Source: Candidatus Eiseniibacteriota bacterium (lineage in GTDB: Bacteria; Eisenbacteria; RBG-16-71-46; CAZAMP01). Taken from it: 64,000 nucleotides of DNA. Numbering within the stretch: the stretch's first letter is position 1; every line of letters starts with the position of its first letter. Shown in pieces: positions 20,001 through 29,456 of this stretch. A program made the position numbers and the translations under genes. The stretch covers positions 3,840,001 through 3,904,000 of the forward strand of contig OZ245046.1 of assembly GCA_965224245.1 (NCBI GenBank), read 5' to 3'. The notes beneath the pieces are model-generated. The model was not told where the DNA came from, made no database searches, and saw only the letters and a program-made list of their open reading frames with translations.

Positions 20001-20469
20001 CGTGGATCGACACGACGACAGCTCGCGTCTCGTGATCGACTACAAGGGCGGGAGCGTACCCAGCGGACGCGACACCGAACGCGGGGTGCGGTTCCAGCTT
20101 CCGCTGTACGCGCTCGCGTATGCATCGGCCACGGCCGATCCGCGGGCACGCTGGGAGGGCGCCTACTACTCGCTCCGACCGCGCGACGGCTTCCGTCCCG
20201 CGGGCTTCGCGTTCGGCGGGAAGCAGTTCGTCTCCAGCGTGGAGCTGCCGCGCCGGATCCAGCCGATCGCCGAGCGCGCGGGACGGATCGCCGAGGCCGC
20301 CGGCGCGGGAGCGTTCCCGGTGACGACGTTGTCCGTGCGCCGGGCGCCGTGTCGGTTCTGCGCGTACGGCGCCGTTTGCCGCGTGGACATCGAGCGCGGG
20401 CGCATCCGCGCAGCCGCCTGGCGCGCCTCCTCAGTGCCGGCCTACCTGCCCGACACGGAGCCGACATGA
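17077..20469 (+). CDS. addB: AddB/RexB-like subunit: inactive helicase domain plus PD-(D/E)XK nuclease with Fe-S staple
   Basis: YSATELERFAQCGF, RGRLLHEIL, RGKLDRVD, VIDYK, QLPLYA and CRFCAYGAVC motifs. Start uncertain (17035-17077). Confidence 0.85.
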   Translation: MATASRPELRIGLPARSRDDRLAGDILGALDADPTRRVLVLTPTDLARERVVSALLARRPDGAWLPEIQPLDAFVARALGRHVDVLPIGDAARLALLTELVQARVAEGELPRLAGGRDLPGLIGAIDHFFQALGRQQIWDADHLRAVVRGYRSGRGRRIDEDIASLYAAFRRHVPPHAGELDGNGTPGGTRLATRVERQRAAIAHPEVLVEALARTSLVVALGFAELGPLEAALFARIASAAPAFVMAVDAVEPALAAPEPEDIPALTGTAELIGRLGARAVVEPVVTDPLARTALSLVGETHGTSIAGSGSEAPATSDRPVTARVAVDPADEVTAIAESLAHALAERRPSDLAVAFPDPDRYLPLVREIFPRFGVPFHASRGIPLLSVPPVALTLAVIDAVANGYRRSDMETLLKSPYVRVDGLDGLGPERIDTWARRARVRGGGGHLEAEWIEPLVRVRDRLRRRQDDAAGADPDADAASESAERDRVELDTIIGATSALFDALGDLERCRDRAVRLDELVAALDVTLDRLGIRARLRGDEHFVNAGVGARDPELSVVVRRDAAAEEAFFARLDEIGLVLDALPRRSASALTLAEWHARLRTLLGTETITPIEEERHGVPVVGLVELRHVPASVVFIGGLTESRLPRARRRDVFYPPLRDPERDFLHVPDTVAEDSAALFGELVRRDAIHLSWPARDRDTDQIPSVLLERLASVHPPGPPPARRPGAIAGEAAAFRAALAEPEGLAEHLVPLDQTTSPERRVDLLAGVLAATTRRAEMPSETTGYVGGGDFLATRGARYRPGGRHVYSATELERFAQCGFAYFAERVLRLGELDDVEDDMSPLTRGRLLHEILYRFHRARLETGVDPIMDAAHRDELMADMRRVAARVLTELPSGDLLADATRETIVAGLDPAAPPPLRAGVLATFIDAEIARVSEGWRPEALEWAFGFAGGPPALALDTPAGVVRVRGKLDRVDRHDDSSRLVIDYKGGSVPSGRDTERGVRFQLPLYALAYASATADPRARWEGAYYSLRPRDGFRPAGFAFGGKQFVSSVELPRRIQPIAERAGRIAEAAGAGAFPVTTLSVRRAPCRFCAYGAVCRVDIERGRIRAAAWRASSVPAYLPDTEPT

Positions 20470-23400
20470 GCGAGCGGACGGGAAGCCCCCGCTTCACGCC
20501 GGCCCAGGAGGCCGCGCTGGATCTGACGCGCGACGTGGCCGTGGTGGCCGGCGCGGGATCGGGCAAGACGCGCGTTCTGACCGAGCGGTATCTGCGCGCG
20601 CTGGATCGGGTGCGCCACGAGCGGGCTCCGCTCCCGCGCGTGGTCGCCCTGACCTTCACCGAGAAGGCCACCACCGAGATGCGCGAGCGCGTCCGCGCCG
20701 GTGTGCGATCCCGACTGCCGAACGCGCGGCGTGCGGGCGACGTCGAGCGCGTGGCGTTCTGGCGACGTATCGAGTCCGAGCTCCACACGGCGCGCATCCT
20801 GACCATCGACGCCTTCTGGGCGTCTCTCGTCCGGATGTTCCCGCTGGAGGCCGGGCTGGACCCGGACGTCGAGATCCTGGACGCGCCCACCGCGCAGCTC
20901 CTGGTGGCCGAGTCGATCCAGGCGGCGCTCGGCGACGTCGCCACGCGCGACCCCGGGGACGACGGCGAGGCCGCCGCGCTGGCGCGCCTCCTCGGCAGCT
21001 ATCGCCCCGTCGAGCTGCGCAACATGCTGGCCCGGCTCGGAAACGCGCGCGACCGGGCGCATCGATGGCGGCGCGCGCTCGCAATGACGACGGAGGCCGA
21101 CCGGATCGCGTCGGTCCGGCAGGACCACGAGGCACGGACCGCCGCGTCGATGGCCGCGATCCGGCGCGACGTCGACACCGACCTGCTGGTGTCGATCGCG
21201 CGGGGCGCCGATCTGAAGACCGTCGATCTCCTGGCCGATCACGTGCGCGCCGCCGCCCCCCTCGCCCAGGCGCTCCTCGCCGACGAGCCGCCACACCCGT
21301 CGGATCTCACCGCGGCCATCGACTCGCTGACGCGGCGCCACCGGGACGGGCCGCGTCGTTTCACCCGTGTGGGCCGAAAGGACGCGTGGCCGGGTGGCAT
21401 CGGTCCCTGGCGCGACGCGCTCGGACGGCTCGCGCCGGCGCTTCACGCGCATCTCGCGTGGTTCGAGCCCTTCGACGAGGAACGCGAACGGCTCACCGCC
21501 GCGCTCACGACCGATCTCGCGACGCTGAGCGCGGCGTGCGAGGACCGGCTGGTCGCGGCGACCGGCCACGGCCGCCGCACCGACTTCTCGGGTCTCTCGA
21601 TCGCGGCCGATCGCATCCTGGGGAACGCCGGCTGCCGGCGCCGGCTGCGTGCCGAGATCGACTACCTCCTCGTGGACGAGTTCCAGGATACGAACCCGCA
21701 GCAGTGGGCGCTGATCCGCGCACTCGTCGAGCACGAACGGGACGGTGAGCACGCCGGCGTGGCCGACCCGGCCACGTCGCCCACCGCGCACGAGGAGCCG
21801 CCCGGCGAGGACACCGTCCCGGTGAACGTGTTCATCGTCGGCGACGCCAAGCAGGCCATCTACGAGTTCCGGGGCGGGCGCGTGGAGGTGTTCCGCGAGG
21901 CCGAGGCGTGGATCCGCTCCCGGGGCGGCGCGGTCGTCGAGATGAGCACGAACTTCCGGAGCGCGACGGCACCGCTGTCGGTCGTCAACCACCTCTTCGA
22001 TCGGATCTTCGGCGGTGACGCGGGAGAACGCGCACCCTACGACGCCTCGCCACAGATACTCGAGCACGGGCGTCCCGACGGCTCGAGCGGATCGGTTCGT
22101 CTGCTCGTGAGCGACCCCGGCGACGGGTGGGCGACGGAGGCCGATCGGATCGCGCGCACACTGATCGACGCGCTCGAGGGGGGCCTCCCCATCCTCGATC
22201 CCGCCACCGGTGAGGCGCGGCCGGCCGCCTGGGAGGACGTCGCCGTCATCGTCCCGTATCGGCGCGACTTCGTGTACCTCGAGGATGCCTTCGCGCGGCG
22301 CGGCGTCCCTTACCACGTGCTGGGCGGTATGGGGTTCTTCCAGACGAACGAGGTCGGTGACGTGATCGCGCTCCTCGAGACGCTGACGGACCCGCGCCAG
22401 GACATCGCGCTCGTGGCCTTTCTGCGGTCGCCGTTCGCGAACGTCTCGGACGAGGTCCTGTGGCGTCTCGCCGAGCGGCCGGAGTCGGGCTTTCGCGCGA
22501 AGCTGGAGGCGGCCGTGCAGCTGGACGGGGCCGATCGACACGTGCGCGGGGCGACCGGCGACCGCATTCCGCCCGAGTCCGATGCCCTCGACGGCGCCAC
22601 GCGGCGCACGCTGGCACGGCTCTGGAGCCGGCTGTACCGCTGGCGTCGGCTTCTCGGGCGCGTGCCCACGAGCACCATCCTGTCGCGCGCGCTCGACGAG
22701 AGCGCGTACTCGGCGGTGAACGCCATCGTGCCCGGGGGCGGCCGCGCGGCCGCGAACCTCCGCAAGCTCCTCGACCTGGTACGCGAGTTCGAGTCGCATC
22801 ACGGCATCCGCCCCGCGCGCGTCGCGGCCTGGCTCCGGCAGCAGGCCGAGAACGTCTTCGACGAAGGCGAGGCCACCGACACCGGCGCCGGTGAGGGCGC
22901 GACCCTGATGACGATCCATCGCTCGAAGGGCACCGAGCATCCGGTGCTCGTGGTCGCCGGTCTCGGCGAGCGCACGACCGCGCCCGATCCGGTTCCGCTG
23001 GTGGTCTCGGACGACGTGGATCGGGTGACGGTGGCGCTGAAGGTCCCGTGCGCCCCCGACGAGGACGGACGGCCGCGCGACGAGCTGACCCCGAGCGCGC
23101 GGTACCGGCTCTGGAAGCTCGTGGACCGCCGGCGGCGAGAGGCCGAGTCGAGGCGCGTCCTGTACGTGGCGCTGACGCGTGCGCGCGATCATCTCGTGCT
23201 CTCGGGAGAGCGTCCGAAGTCCCTCTCCGAGTCGACCGCGCTCGGCCGGCTCGCCGCCGCCGACGAGGCGCTGGCCGGCGCGATCGCGGCGGGCGGCGAG
23301 ACGGACGTGACGATCGGGGTCACGCCGGTGCGGGTCGGCGCCGCCGGCCCCGCGGCCGAGCCGGCGGATGCCGTACCGGTGCGGGTGGCCGCGCTCCGAC

Positions 23401-24404
23401 ACGCGCTGCGAGAGGCCATCGGGCGACCGCCGGCCGCGCCGGCGAACACGCACGCGACCGAACCGACCGGACGCGCCGCCGGGGATGCATCCACGCGGCG
23501 TGTGACGATGTCGCCTCCGACGCTGACCGTCACCGCGCTGGCCGCGATCGCGGTTCATCCGACCCCACCCCACTCCCCGATCGTCGAGTCGTCCGCCCCG
23601 ACACCGGCCGCGACGCCGAGCGCGAGCGCGACCCGCGACGATCCGGGGTCGGCTCAGCTCACGTTCGACTTCGACGCACCGGCGCCCGCCGCGGCGCCGC
23701 CGGAAGCCGCGCGGGCGAGCGAACCCGCTGCCCCACGCGGCGTGCGATCGACCGACCGGCAGCGTGCGCGGGAGCGGGGCGAGAGCGTTCACGACGTGCT
23801 CGCGCGGGCCCGATCGATCGAGGATCTCGATCCCGGCGTCGACGCGCGCGTCCGGAGGCACGCCGAGACGTTCCTGCGATCTCGATGGGGCCGGGAGTCC
23901 GCGGAGACCGCCCGCACCGAGGTGGCGTTCGCGCTGCCGGTCGGGCGGGCACGGCTCGAGGGCATGATCGATCGGCTCTACCGCGACCCCGGCGGTGTCT
24001 GGACCGTCGTCGACTACAAGACGACTCGACTCGGCGACGACGCCCCGGCGGACGTCGTGCGCTCGGAGGGCCACGACGTGCAGGTGGCGCTCTACGCGCT
24101 GGCGTCCGCGGCGCTCCTTTGCCTCTCGCCCGAGAGCCGGATGAGAGCGGTCGTCTTCTTCACCGATCCCGACGCGCCGCTGGACGACGCAGCGCGAGCG
24201 GTCGTGTCGGAGGTGACGGTCGCGGACCTGCCCGGTCCATCCGGGCTGGGCGCGTGGCTCGGCGCGGGAACGTGGCCGCCGTTCGATCCGGCCGCGAGCG
24301 CGCGGCGCTCATCTTCTTTTGTGGAAGCCACTTCGACGGCCACCTACCGCGACGGGGTCACGGCCGCGCTCGAACGCCTTCGGCGGTCTCTCGAACCGGC
24401 GTAG
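20466..24404 (+). CDS. addA: AddA-like UvrD helicase with C-terminal nuclease
   Basis: AGAGSGKT, LTFTEKA, LVDEFQDT, VGDAKQAIYEFRG, NFRS, MTIHRSKG, LYVALTRARDHL, GMIDRL and VVDYKT motifs. ATGA overlap with addB. Confidence 0.92.
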   Translation: MSERTGSPRFTPAQEAALDLTRDVAVVAGAGSGKTRVLTERYLRALDRVRHERAPLPRVVALTFTEKATTEMRERVRAGVRSRLPNARRAGDVERVAFWRRIESELHTARILTIDAFWASLVRMFPLEAGLDPDVEILDAPTAQLLVAESIQAALGDVATRDPGDDGEAAALARLLGSYRPVELRNMLARLGNARDRAHRWRRALAMTTEADRIASVRQDHEARTAASMAAIRRDVDTDLLVSIARGADLKTVDLLADHVRAAAPLAQALLADEPPHPSDLTAAIDSLTRRHRDGPRRFTRVGRKDAWPGGIGPWRDALGRLAPALHAHLAWFEPFDEERERLTAALTTDLATLSAACEDRLVAATGHGRRTDFSGLSIAADRILGNAGCRRRLRAEIDYLLVDEFQDTNPQQWALIRALVEHERDGEHAGVADPATSPTAHEEPPGEDTVPVNVFIVGDAKQAIYEFRGGRVEVFREAEAWIRSRGGAVVEMSTNFRSATAPLSVVNHLFDRIFGGDAGERAPYDASPQILEHGRPDGSSGSVRLLVSDPGDGWATEADRIARTLIDALEGGLPILDPATGEARPAAWEDVAVIVPYRRDFVYLEDAFARRGVPYHVLGGMGFFQTNEVGDVIALLETLTDPRQDIALVAFLRSPFANVSDEVLWRLAERPESGFRAKLEAAVQLDGADRHVRGATGDRIPPESDALDGATRRTLARLWSRLYRWRRLLGRVPTSTILSRALDESAYSAVNAIVPGGGRAAANLRKLLDLVREFESHHGIRPARVAAWLRQQAENVFDEGEATDTGAGEGATLMTIHRSKGTEHPVLVVAGLGERTTAPDPVPLVVSDDVDRVTVALKVPCAPDEDGRPRDELTPSARYRLWKLVDRRRREAESRRVLYVALTRARDHLVLSGERPKSLSESTALGRLAAADEALAGAIAAGGETDVTIGVTPVRVGAAGPAAEPADAVPVRVAALRHALREAIGRPPAAPANTHATEPTGRAAGDASTRRVTMSPPTLTVTALAAIAVHPTPPHSPIVESSAPTPAATPSASATRDDPGSAQLTFDFDAPAPAAAPPEAARASEPAAPRGVRSTDRQRARERGESVHDVLARARSIEDLDPGVDARVRRHAETFLRSRWGRESAETARTEVAFALPVGRARLEGMIDRLYRDPGGVWTVVDYKTTRLGDDAPADVVRSEGHDVQVALYALASAALLCLSPESRMRAVVFFTDPDAPLDDAARAVVSEVTVADLPGPSGLGAWLGAGTWPPFDPAASARRSSSFVEATSTATYRDGVTAALERLRRSLEPA

Positions 24405-24507
24405 CCACCGTGCGTCGACCCGGCGGCTCGTGTATACTCGGGAACCGTCATTTGCGCACCGACTCTCGCCCGTCGTCATCACGGCCGATTGCCGCCGGAG
24501 GAATCAC

Positions 24508-25800
24508 TTGCGCTCGTCGACCCTCGCTTTCGTCGCCCTGGTCAGCTCGACGCTCGCGTTCAAGTGCGGCCAGGAGGATCCCGATCTGAGCCTCTTCGAG
24601 GTTCCCGACGGCGTCCTCGAGATCACCGCACGCACTCCGGGCGGAGACGACGTCTCCGGCGCGGTCGTTCGCATCGACGGCGAGATCGACGATCCGACCG
24701 GCGCCGCGTGGGGCGACGCGCCGATCGCGGTCAGCCTCCCACCCGGCCGCTACACGGTGTCGGTGGACCTCGAGGGCTACGTCGCCACGCCGACCCAGCG
24801 AACCGTCGACGTGTTCGGCCGCGCGACCACGGTCGCGAGCTTCACGCTGGAGCCCGGCGAGGCGGTGCCCGCGCTCGTCGACGTCGTCGCCGACCTGTCC
24901 ACGCTCCGCGGCGACGGCATCGTCGGCCTGCCGGTGTGGCTCGACGGGGCACAGACGGAGCTCGTCACACCGGCCACCCTGGACGTGACGCCCGGCAACC
25001 ACGTGATCGCGCTCGGCGACTCGCTCGGTCTCTTCCTGACCTCCGAGCCCGAGGTGAGCGTCTCGGCCGTGCGAGGCGAGACGGCGACCGCGACGTTCAC
25101 GTACGAGCCGGGATACCGCCGGGTCACGATCGCCGAGGACTTCACCAACACGAGCTGCGACGGCTGCCCGGAGGCCGAGGACGTCCTCATCGCCGAGGCC
25201 GAGCGTTTCCCGAGCGACGAGGTGGTCACGCTGCACATCCACAACCGGATCCCCGCCACGAGCGATCCTCTGTGGCAAGCCAATCCGCTCGAGCTGAGCC
25301 AGCGCTCGGCGTTCTACGAGCTGCTCGGCAATCCGACGATCATCATCAACGGGACCACGCGCTGGTTCCAGGAGCCCGATCCCGGCGAGGTCGCGGCCGC
25401 GCTCCAGTCCGACGCGGACGGCAGCTCACCGGTGTACCTCGAGATCCGCTACTCGCGCAGCGGATCCACGATCACCGGCGAGACGCGTGTGCGAGCGGTG
25501 AGCGACGTGGCCGGCGATCACCGGCTGCTCGTCCTGTCGCTGCAGGACGAGATCTCGTATCCGACACCACCGGGCACGAACGGACAGACGCACTTCGTAC
25601 GCATCGTCCGCGACTACGTGCCCGACACCAATGGCCAGGCCATCACGATCAGCGCCGGCATGGACGAGACGATCCCGTTCTCGTTCGATCTGATCGACTC
25701 GGGCAACCCGCCCGACGACCCCGACAAGCTGATCTGCGTGGCCTTCATTCAGGAATTTGCGACGAGGTCGATCGTCCAGGCGGCATCGACCATCCCATGA
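24508..25800 (+). CDS. Lipoprotein with PEGA-like domains and an Omp28-like thioredoxin-fold (CxxC) domain
   Basis: TTG start with GGAGGA RBS. Cys after the signal peptide. PEGA-like segments, EDFTNTSCDGC, NPTIIING, NGQTHFVRIVRD and VAFIQ...IVQAA motifs. Confidence 0.78.
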   Translation: MRSSTLAFVALVSSTLAFKCGQEDPDLSLFEVPDGVLEITARTPGGDDVSGAVVRIDGEIDDPTGAAWGDAPIAVSLPPGRYTVSVDLEGYVATPTQRTVDVFGRATTVASFTLEPGEAVPALVDVVADLSTLRGDGIVGLPVWLDGAQTELVTPATLDVTPGNHVIALGDSLGLFLTSEPEVSVSAVRGETATATFTYEPGYRRVTIAEDFTNTSCDGCPEAEDVLIAEAERFPSDEVVTLHIHNRIPATSDPLWQANPLELSQRSAFYELLGNPTIIINGTTRWFQEPDPGEVAAALQSDADGSSPVYLEIRYSRSGSTITGETRVRAVSDVAGDHRLLVLSLQDEISYPTPPGTNGQTHFVRIVRDYVPDTNGQAITISAGMDETIPFSFDLIDSGNPPDDPDKLICVAFIQEFATRSIVQAASTIP

Positions 25801-25837
25801 CGCATTCCCCAGCCGCCGACGTGCGGGAGGAGACGTG

Positions 25838-26407
25838 ATGCGAGCGAGTGTCCTGGCGTGCCGCACAGCCGCCACCGTCCTGATGACCGGCTCCCTTCTG
25901 CTGGGCGCCGCCGTCGCCGGCTCCTCGAGGACGGACGCCGAGCAGTCCAAGGCGGTCGCCGACTTCACCCTCAAGGATCTCGACGGCAAGAGCGCGTCGC
26001 TATACGAGAACCTCGACACCGGGCCCGTGCTGATCTCGTTCTGGGCCACGTGGTGCAAGCCCTGTCTCCAGGAGATGCCGCATCTGGACGAGATCGCGGC
26101 GAAGTACGACGAGCACGGCCTGACCACGTTCGCGATCTCGATCGACAAGCCTCGCAACAAGAGCCGCGTGCGCTCCTACATCAAGTCGAAGAAGTACGGC
26201 TTCCGCACGCTGCTGGATCCCAACCAGGATGCGTACCGCGGCCTTCAGGGCCAGTCGGTCCCGTACGTGCTCCTTCTCGACGGGTCCGGTGAGGTCGTCT
26301 ACGTCAAGGTCGGCTATCGGCCCGGCGACGAGAAGAAGCTCGAGGAAGCGATCGCCACGCTTCTGGCGTCCGACCCGTCCGTGGAGACGGGAGGCGACGA
26401 GGGCTGA
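25838..26407 (+). CDS. TlpA-family thiol:disulfide reductase
   Basis: DFTLKDLDG and FWATWCKPC motifs, cis-Pro VP, signal peptide. Confidence 0.93.
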   Translation: MRASVLACRTAATVLMTGSLLLGAAVAGSSRTDAEQSKAVADFTLKDLDGKSASLYENLDTGPVLISFWATWCKPCLQEMPHLDEIAAKYDEHGLTTFAISIDKPRNKSRVRSYIKSKKYGFRTLLDPNQDAYRGLQGQSVPYVLLLDGSGEVVYVKVGYRPGDEKKLEEAIATLLASDPSVETGGDEG

Positions 26408-27948
26408 TGCACGCTCGAACAGCCTCGAGAGCGTGTGGCGCGGCGGCCCTCGCGCTCTCGTCTCTCGCTCCGCTCGCGCCCGCGTGGGGACAGGGTCTCA
26501 CGTTGCCGCGCGGTCTCTCGATCGTGAATCACATGGAGTACGCGTGGGAGTCCGACGGCGGTGAGCCCACGCTGGAGAACTGGACCGACGCGCGTTACAC
26601 CGAGGGCGCGTTCAACGCGGGCATCCGGCTCGTCGCGTTCCAGCCGCCCGACCCCACGATCTCCATCGAGGAGAGCAGCTTCTCGCAGAACTTCCGGTTC
26701 GTGGAGGCCGCGAGCGAGAACGGCTCGCTCCGGGCGGGCCACTACTACGCGCTGTTCGGACAGGGCCTCGCGCTGAACGCATACGAGGAGCGGGACGTGC
26801 GCGTGGACACGAATCTGGAGGGCCTGCGCCTCCAGGGTGCCTGGCGCGCCTTCACGCTGGATCTGCTCAGCGGCACCACCGTGAGCGGCACGTCCGAGGA
26901 CGCCGTTCGCGAGCGCCTCGACCGCCTCCACGGTGCCGACGTGGGCTGGGATGGATGGTTCGAGTCGTTCGACGGGCTCTCCGTGAGCGCCGGCGCCTCC
27001 GCGGTTCGACTCCAGAACGACGCGGCGCCGCCCCAGAACCTGCGCAACGTCCGGGCGGCGATCGCCACCGGGCCGATCACGCTGGAGGCCGAGCACGTCG
27101 CGATCGAGAGACCCGGACACGACGGCGACGGTCTCTACGCGTCGGCGTCGCTGGCCCTCGGCCCCATGCAGCTTCTGGGCGAGATCAAGGACTACGATCG
27201 GATCGCGCTGCGCGCGTCCGGCGGCACCACGTACAACCTCCCGCCGGCTCTGGTGCGCGATCAGACGTACACGCTCCTGAACCGGCACCCGCACACGCTG
27301 GACCCGGACGACGAGGTCGGCTTCCAGGTCGAGGGCGTCGTGACCGCCGGCGAGCACCAGCTCACCGGACACTACAGCGAGACGCGCAACCACGACGACG
27401 ACCTGAAGACGAACCACTTCGACGAGGCGTACGGCGAGCTCTTCCTGCATGCGGGCTCGGTGCTGGGCGCCGAGAACGTGGACGTCGTCGTGGCCGGCGA
27501 CTGGCAGAAGTCCTTCGAGGGGCTTCTCCCCGATCCGCGCACCGGCATTCTCAGCGTCCCGGCGTTTCTGGAGCTCTTCACGGACATAGCCGAAATCCGG
27601 GTGGTGGCCGACGACGTCAACAGCTTCCGGCTTCAGTACGAGCATCAGCACGCCGAATCGACCCTGGAGGGCGACTACGACACGTTCTTCGGGCTGCTCG
27701 AGTGGTCTCGCTCTCCCGATCTCTCGATCAACCTGGTCGGCGAGACGTCGAACCGATCGGACGCCCAGCTCGAGGAGGACGAGGCCAAGCACGCGGGCTA
27801 CGGCGTCGTCAGCTACACGGTGTCGCAGAACCACAGCGTCAGCGTGCTGTATGGCCGGCGACTCGAGGGCTTCGTCTGCGTGGGCGGCGTCTGCCGCTTC
27901 GAGCCCGAGTTCGAGGGTGTCGAGGTGCGTCTCTTGAGCCGATTCTAG
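26407..27948 (+). CDS. DUF6029-like outer-membrane beta-barrel protein
   Basis: AGHYYALFGQGLAL and C-terminal GFVCVGGVCRFEPEFEG...SRF. TGATG coupling to tlpA. Confidence 0.8.
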   Translation: MHARTASRACGAAALALSSLAPLAPAWGQGLTLPRGLSIVNHMEYAWESDGGEPTLENWTDARYTEGAFNAGIRLVAFQPPDPTISIEESSFSQNFRFVEAASENGSLRAGHYYALFGQGLALNAYEERDVRVDTNLEGLRLQGAWRAFTLDLLSGTTVSGTSEDAVRERLDRLHGADVGWDGWFESFDGLSVSAGASAVRLQNDAAPPQNLRNVRAAIATGPITLEAEHVAIERPGHDGDGLYASASLALGPMQLLGEIKDYDRIALRASGGTTYNLPPALVRDQTYTLLNRHPHTLDPDDEVGFQVEGVVTAGEHQLTGHYSETRNHDDDLKTNHFDEAYGELFLHAGSVLGAENVDVVVAGDWQKSFEGLLPDPRTGILSVPAFLELFTDIAEIRVVADDVNSFRLQYEHQHAESTLEGDYDTFFGLLEWSRSPDLSINLVGETSNRSDAQLEEDEAKHAGYGVVSYTVSQNHSVSVLYGRRLEGFVCVGGVCRFEPEFEGVEVRLLSRF

Positions 27949-27979
27949 CCGTCGCGAACCCAGGAGTTCGACGAGCCCC

Positions 27980-29419
27980 ATGTCGACCGCACCGCTCGCC
28001 GGCAGCACGCTCTCGCGGCTGGGTCGCAACGTTCGGTGGCTCGCGTTCCTGCAGATCGTGCTGCTCGGCGTACGGCTGTTCTCCAACGGGTACCTGGCGC
28101 GCCTCTTCGGTCCCGACGGGCTCGGTCAGTACCTCCTCGCGCTTCTGTGGCTCGAGGTCCTCTCGGACGTGCACGGGCTCAGCCTCGAGGACGTCATCCC
28201 ACGAAACGCCGCACAGGAGCCGGCCCGGCGCGGGGAGCTGCTCTCCGCCAGCTTCGCGGTGTTCGCGCTCGTGACGCCGGTGCTCGTGGTCGCGACGCTC
28301 GGGCTCGGACTCTTCTACGCCGGACGCGGGATCGACTTCGTCGCGCTCCTCCTCGCCTCCATCGTCAGGACACCGACGCGGTATCTGCTCGCGTTTCCGG
28401 CCGCGGACGAGAACCTCCGCCCGTTCTCGCTCTGGCAGGCCGCCGAGCGAGCCGGCATCGCGATCCTGACCGTCGGGGTGCTCTTCGCCGGGGGCACGGT
28501 CGACGTGATCATCTCTCTCCTGGCTCCGTTCTATCTGCTGATCGGCGCCCCCTTCGCCGTGTCGGTGCTGCGGGCCACGCGGCCGCGGGCGATCACGCGC
28601 GACGACGTCTCTCGACTCGGTCGGCTGGGACTCGAGTTCACCGGGCTCAAGGCCGTGAGCATCCTGTATGGACGCGTCGACGCGCTTCTCGTGGATGCGC
28701 TGATGGGCCCCACGTCCACCGGGTTCTATCTCGGCGCCCGGCAGGTGCTGACGTTCCTTCGCAGCATTCCGCTGGCGATCTCGTCGGGGCTGTATCCGGT
28801 GCTCAGCCGCAAGGTATCCGAGGGCACCGCCGCCCTCGCCTCGGCGATCACCCGGTTCGAGAAGATGATGGTCGTGTACGCACTTCCGATCGTCGTGGGC
28901 GGCTCGCTGCTCTCGATGCCGCTGATCCACGCCTATCTGGGAGACGGCTTCGAGACCGCGGGGACGATCTTCGCGCCGATGATCTGGGCGCTGCTCGTGG
29001 GCTCGATGCGTCGCCCGGTGACGATCTACCTCACGGCGGTGCATCGGCAGAACCGGGCCACGCTGCTGCTGCTCGTCGGCGTGGTCGTGAACGTCGGGCT
29101 GATGGTGCTCCTGGTGCCTCGCCTGGGTCTCGTCGGTGCCGTGATCGCGCTCCTCGTCTACGAGACCATCTCGCTGGCGCTCATGCTCGCCGAGCTCCGC
29201 CGGGACGGACTGTCGCTGGGCTGGACCTCGATCGTGAGGGGGCCGCTCCTGGCGTCGGGCATCATGGGGCTGGGCGTGGCCCTGGCCCGCACCGCCTGGC
29301 CGCCGCTCGCGGTGATCGGGCTCGGGGCAGCGCTGTACGCGGGAGCGCTGGCGGGGCTCTCCGGACTCGATCCGAAGGAGCGACGCTGGCTGATGGAGAC
29401 CCTGCGGCCCGGCTCGTGA
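27980..29419 (+). CDS. Oligosaccharide flippase (Wzx/MOP family)
   Basis: YLARLFGPDGLGQY, GRVDALLV and GFYLGA motifs, about 14 TM segments. Confidence 0.88.
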   Translation: MSTAPLAGSTLSRLGRNVRWLAFLQIVLLGVRLFSNGYLARLFGPDGLGQYLLALLWLEVLSDVHGLSLEDVIPRNAAQEPARRGELLSASFAVFALVTPVLVVATLGLGLFYAGRGIDFVALLLASIVRTPTRYLLAFPAADENLRPFSLWQAAERAGIAILTVGVLFAGGTVDVIISLLAPFYLLIGAPFAVSVLRATRPRAITRDDVSRLGRLGLEFTGLKAVSILYGRVDALLVDALMGPTSTGFYLGARQVLTFLRSIPLAISSGLYPVLSRKVSEGTAALASAITRFEKMMVVYALPIVVGGSLLSMPLIHAYLGDGFETAGTIFAPMIWALLVGSMRRPVTIYLTAVHRQNRATLLLLVGVVVNVGLMVLLVPRLGLVGAVIALLVYETISLALMLAELRRDGLSLGWTSIVRGPLLASGIMGLGVALARTAWPPLAVIGLGAALYAGALAGLSGLDPKERRWLMETLRPGS

Positions 29420-29456
29420 CGGGCCTCGCAGCGCCCCCCGCGAAACGCGTCGAGGC

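Noticed and set aside
17077-24404. Cas4/Cas3-like or defence helicase-nuclease system
   Set aside because: Gene order, sizes and motifs fit housekeeping AddAB, and the Fe-S nuclease is the normal AddB domain.
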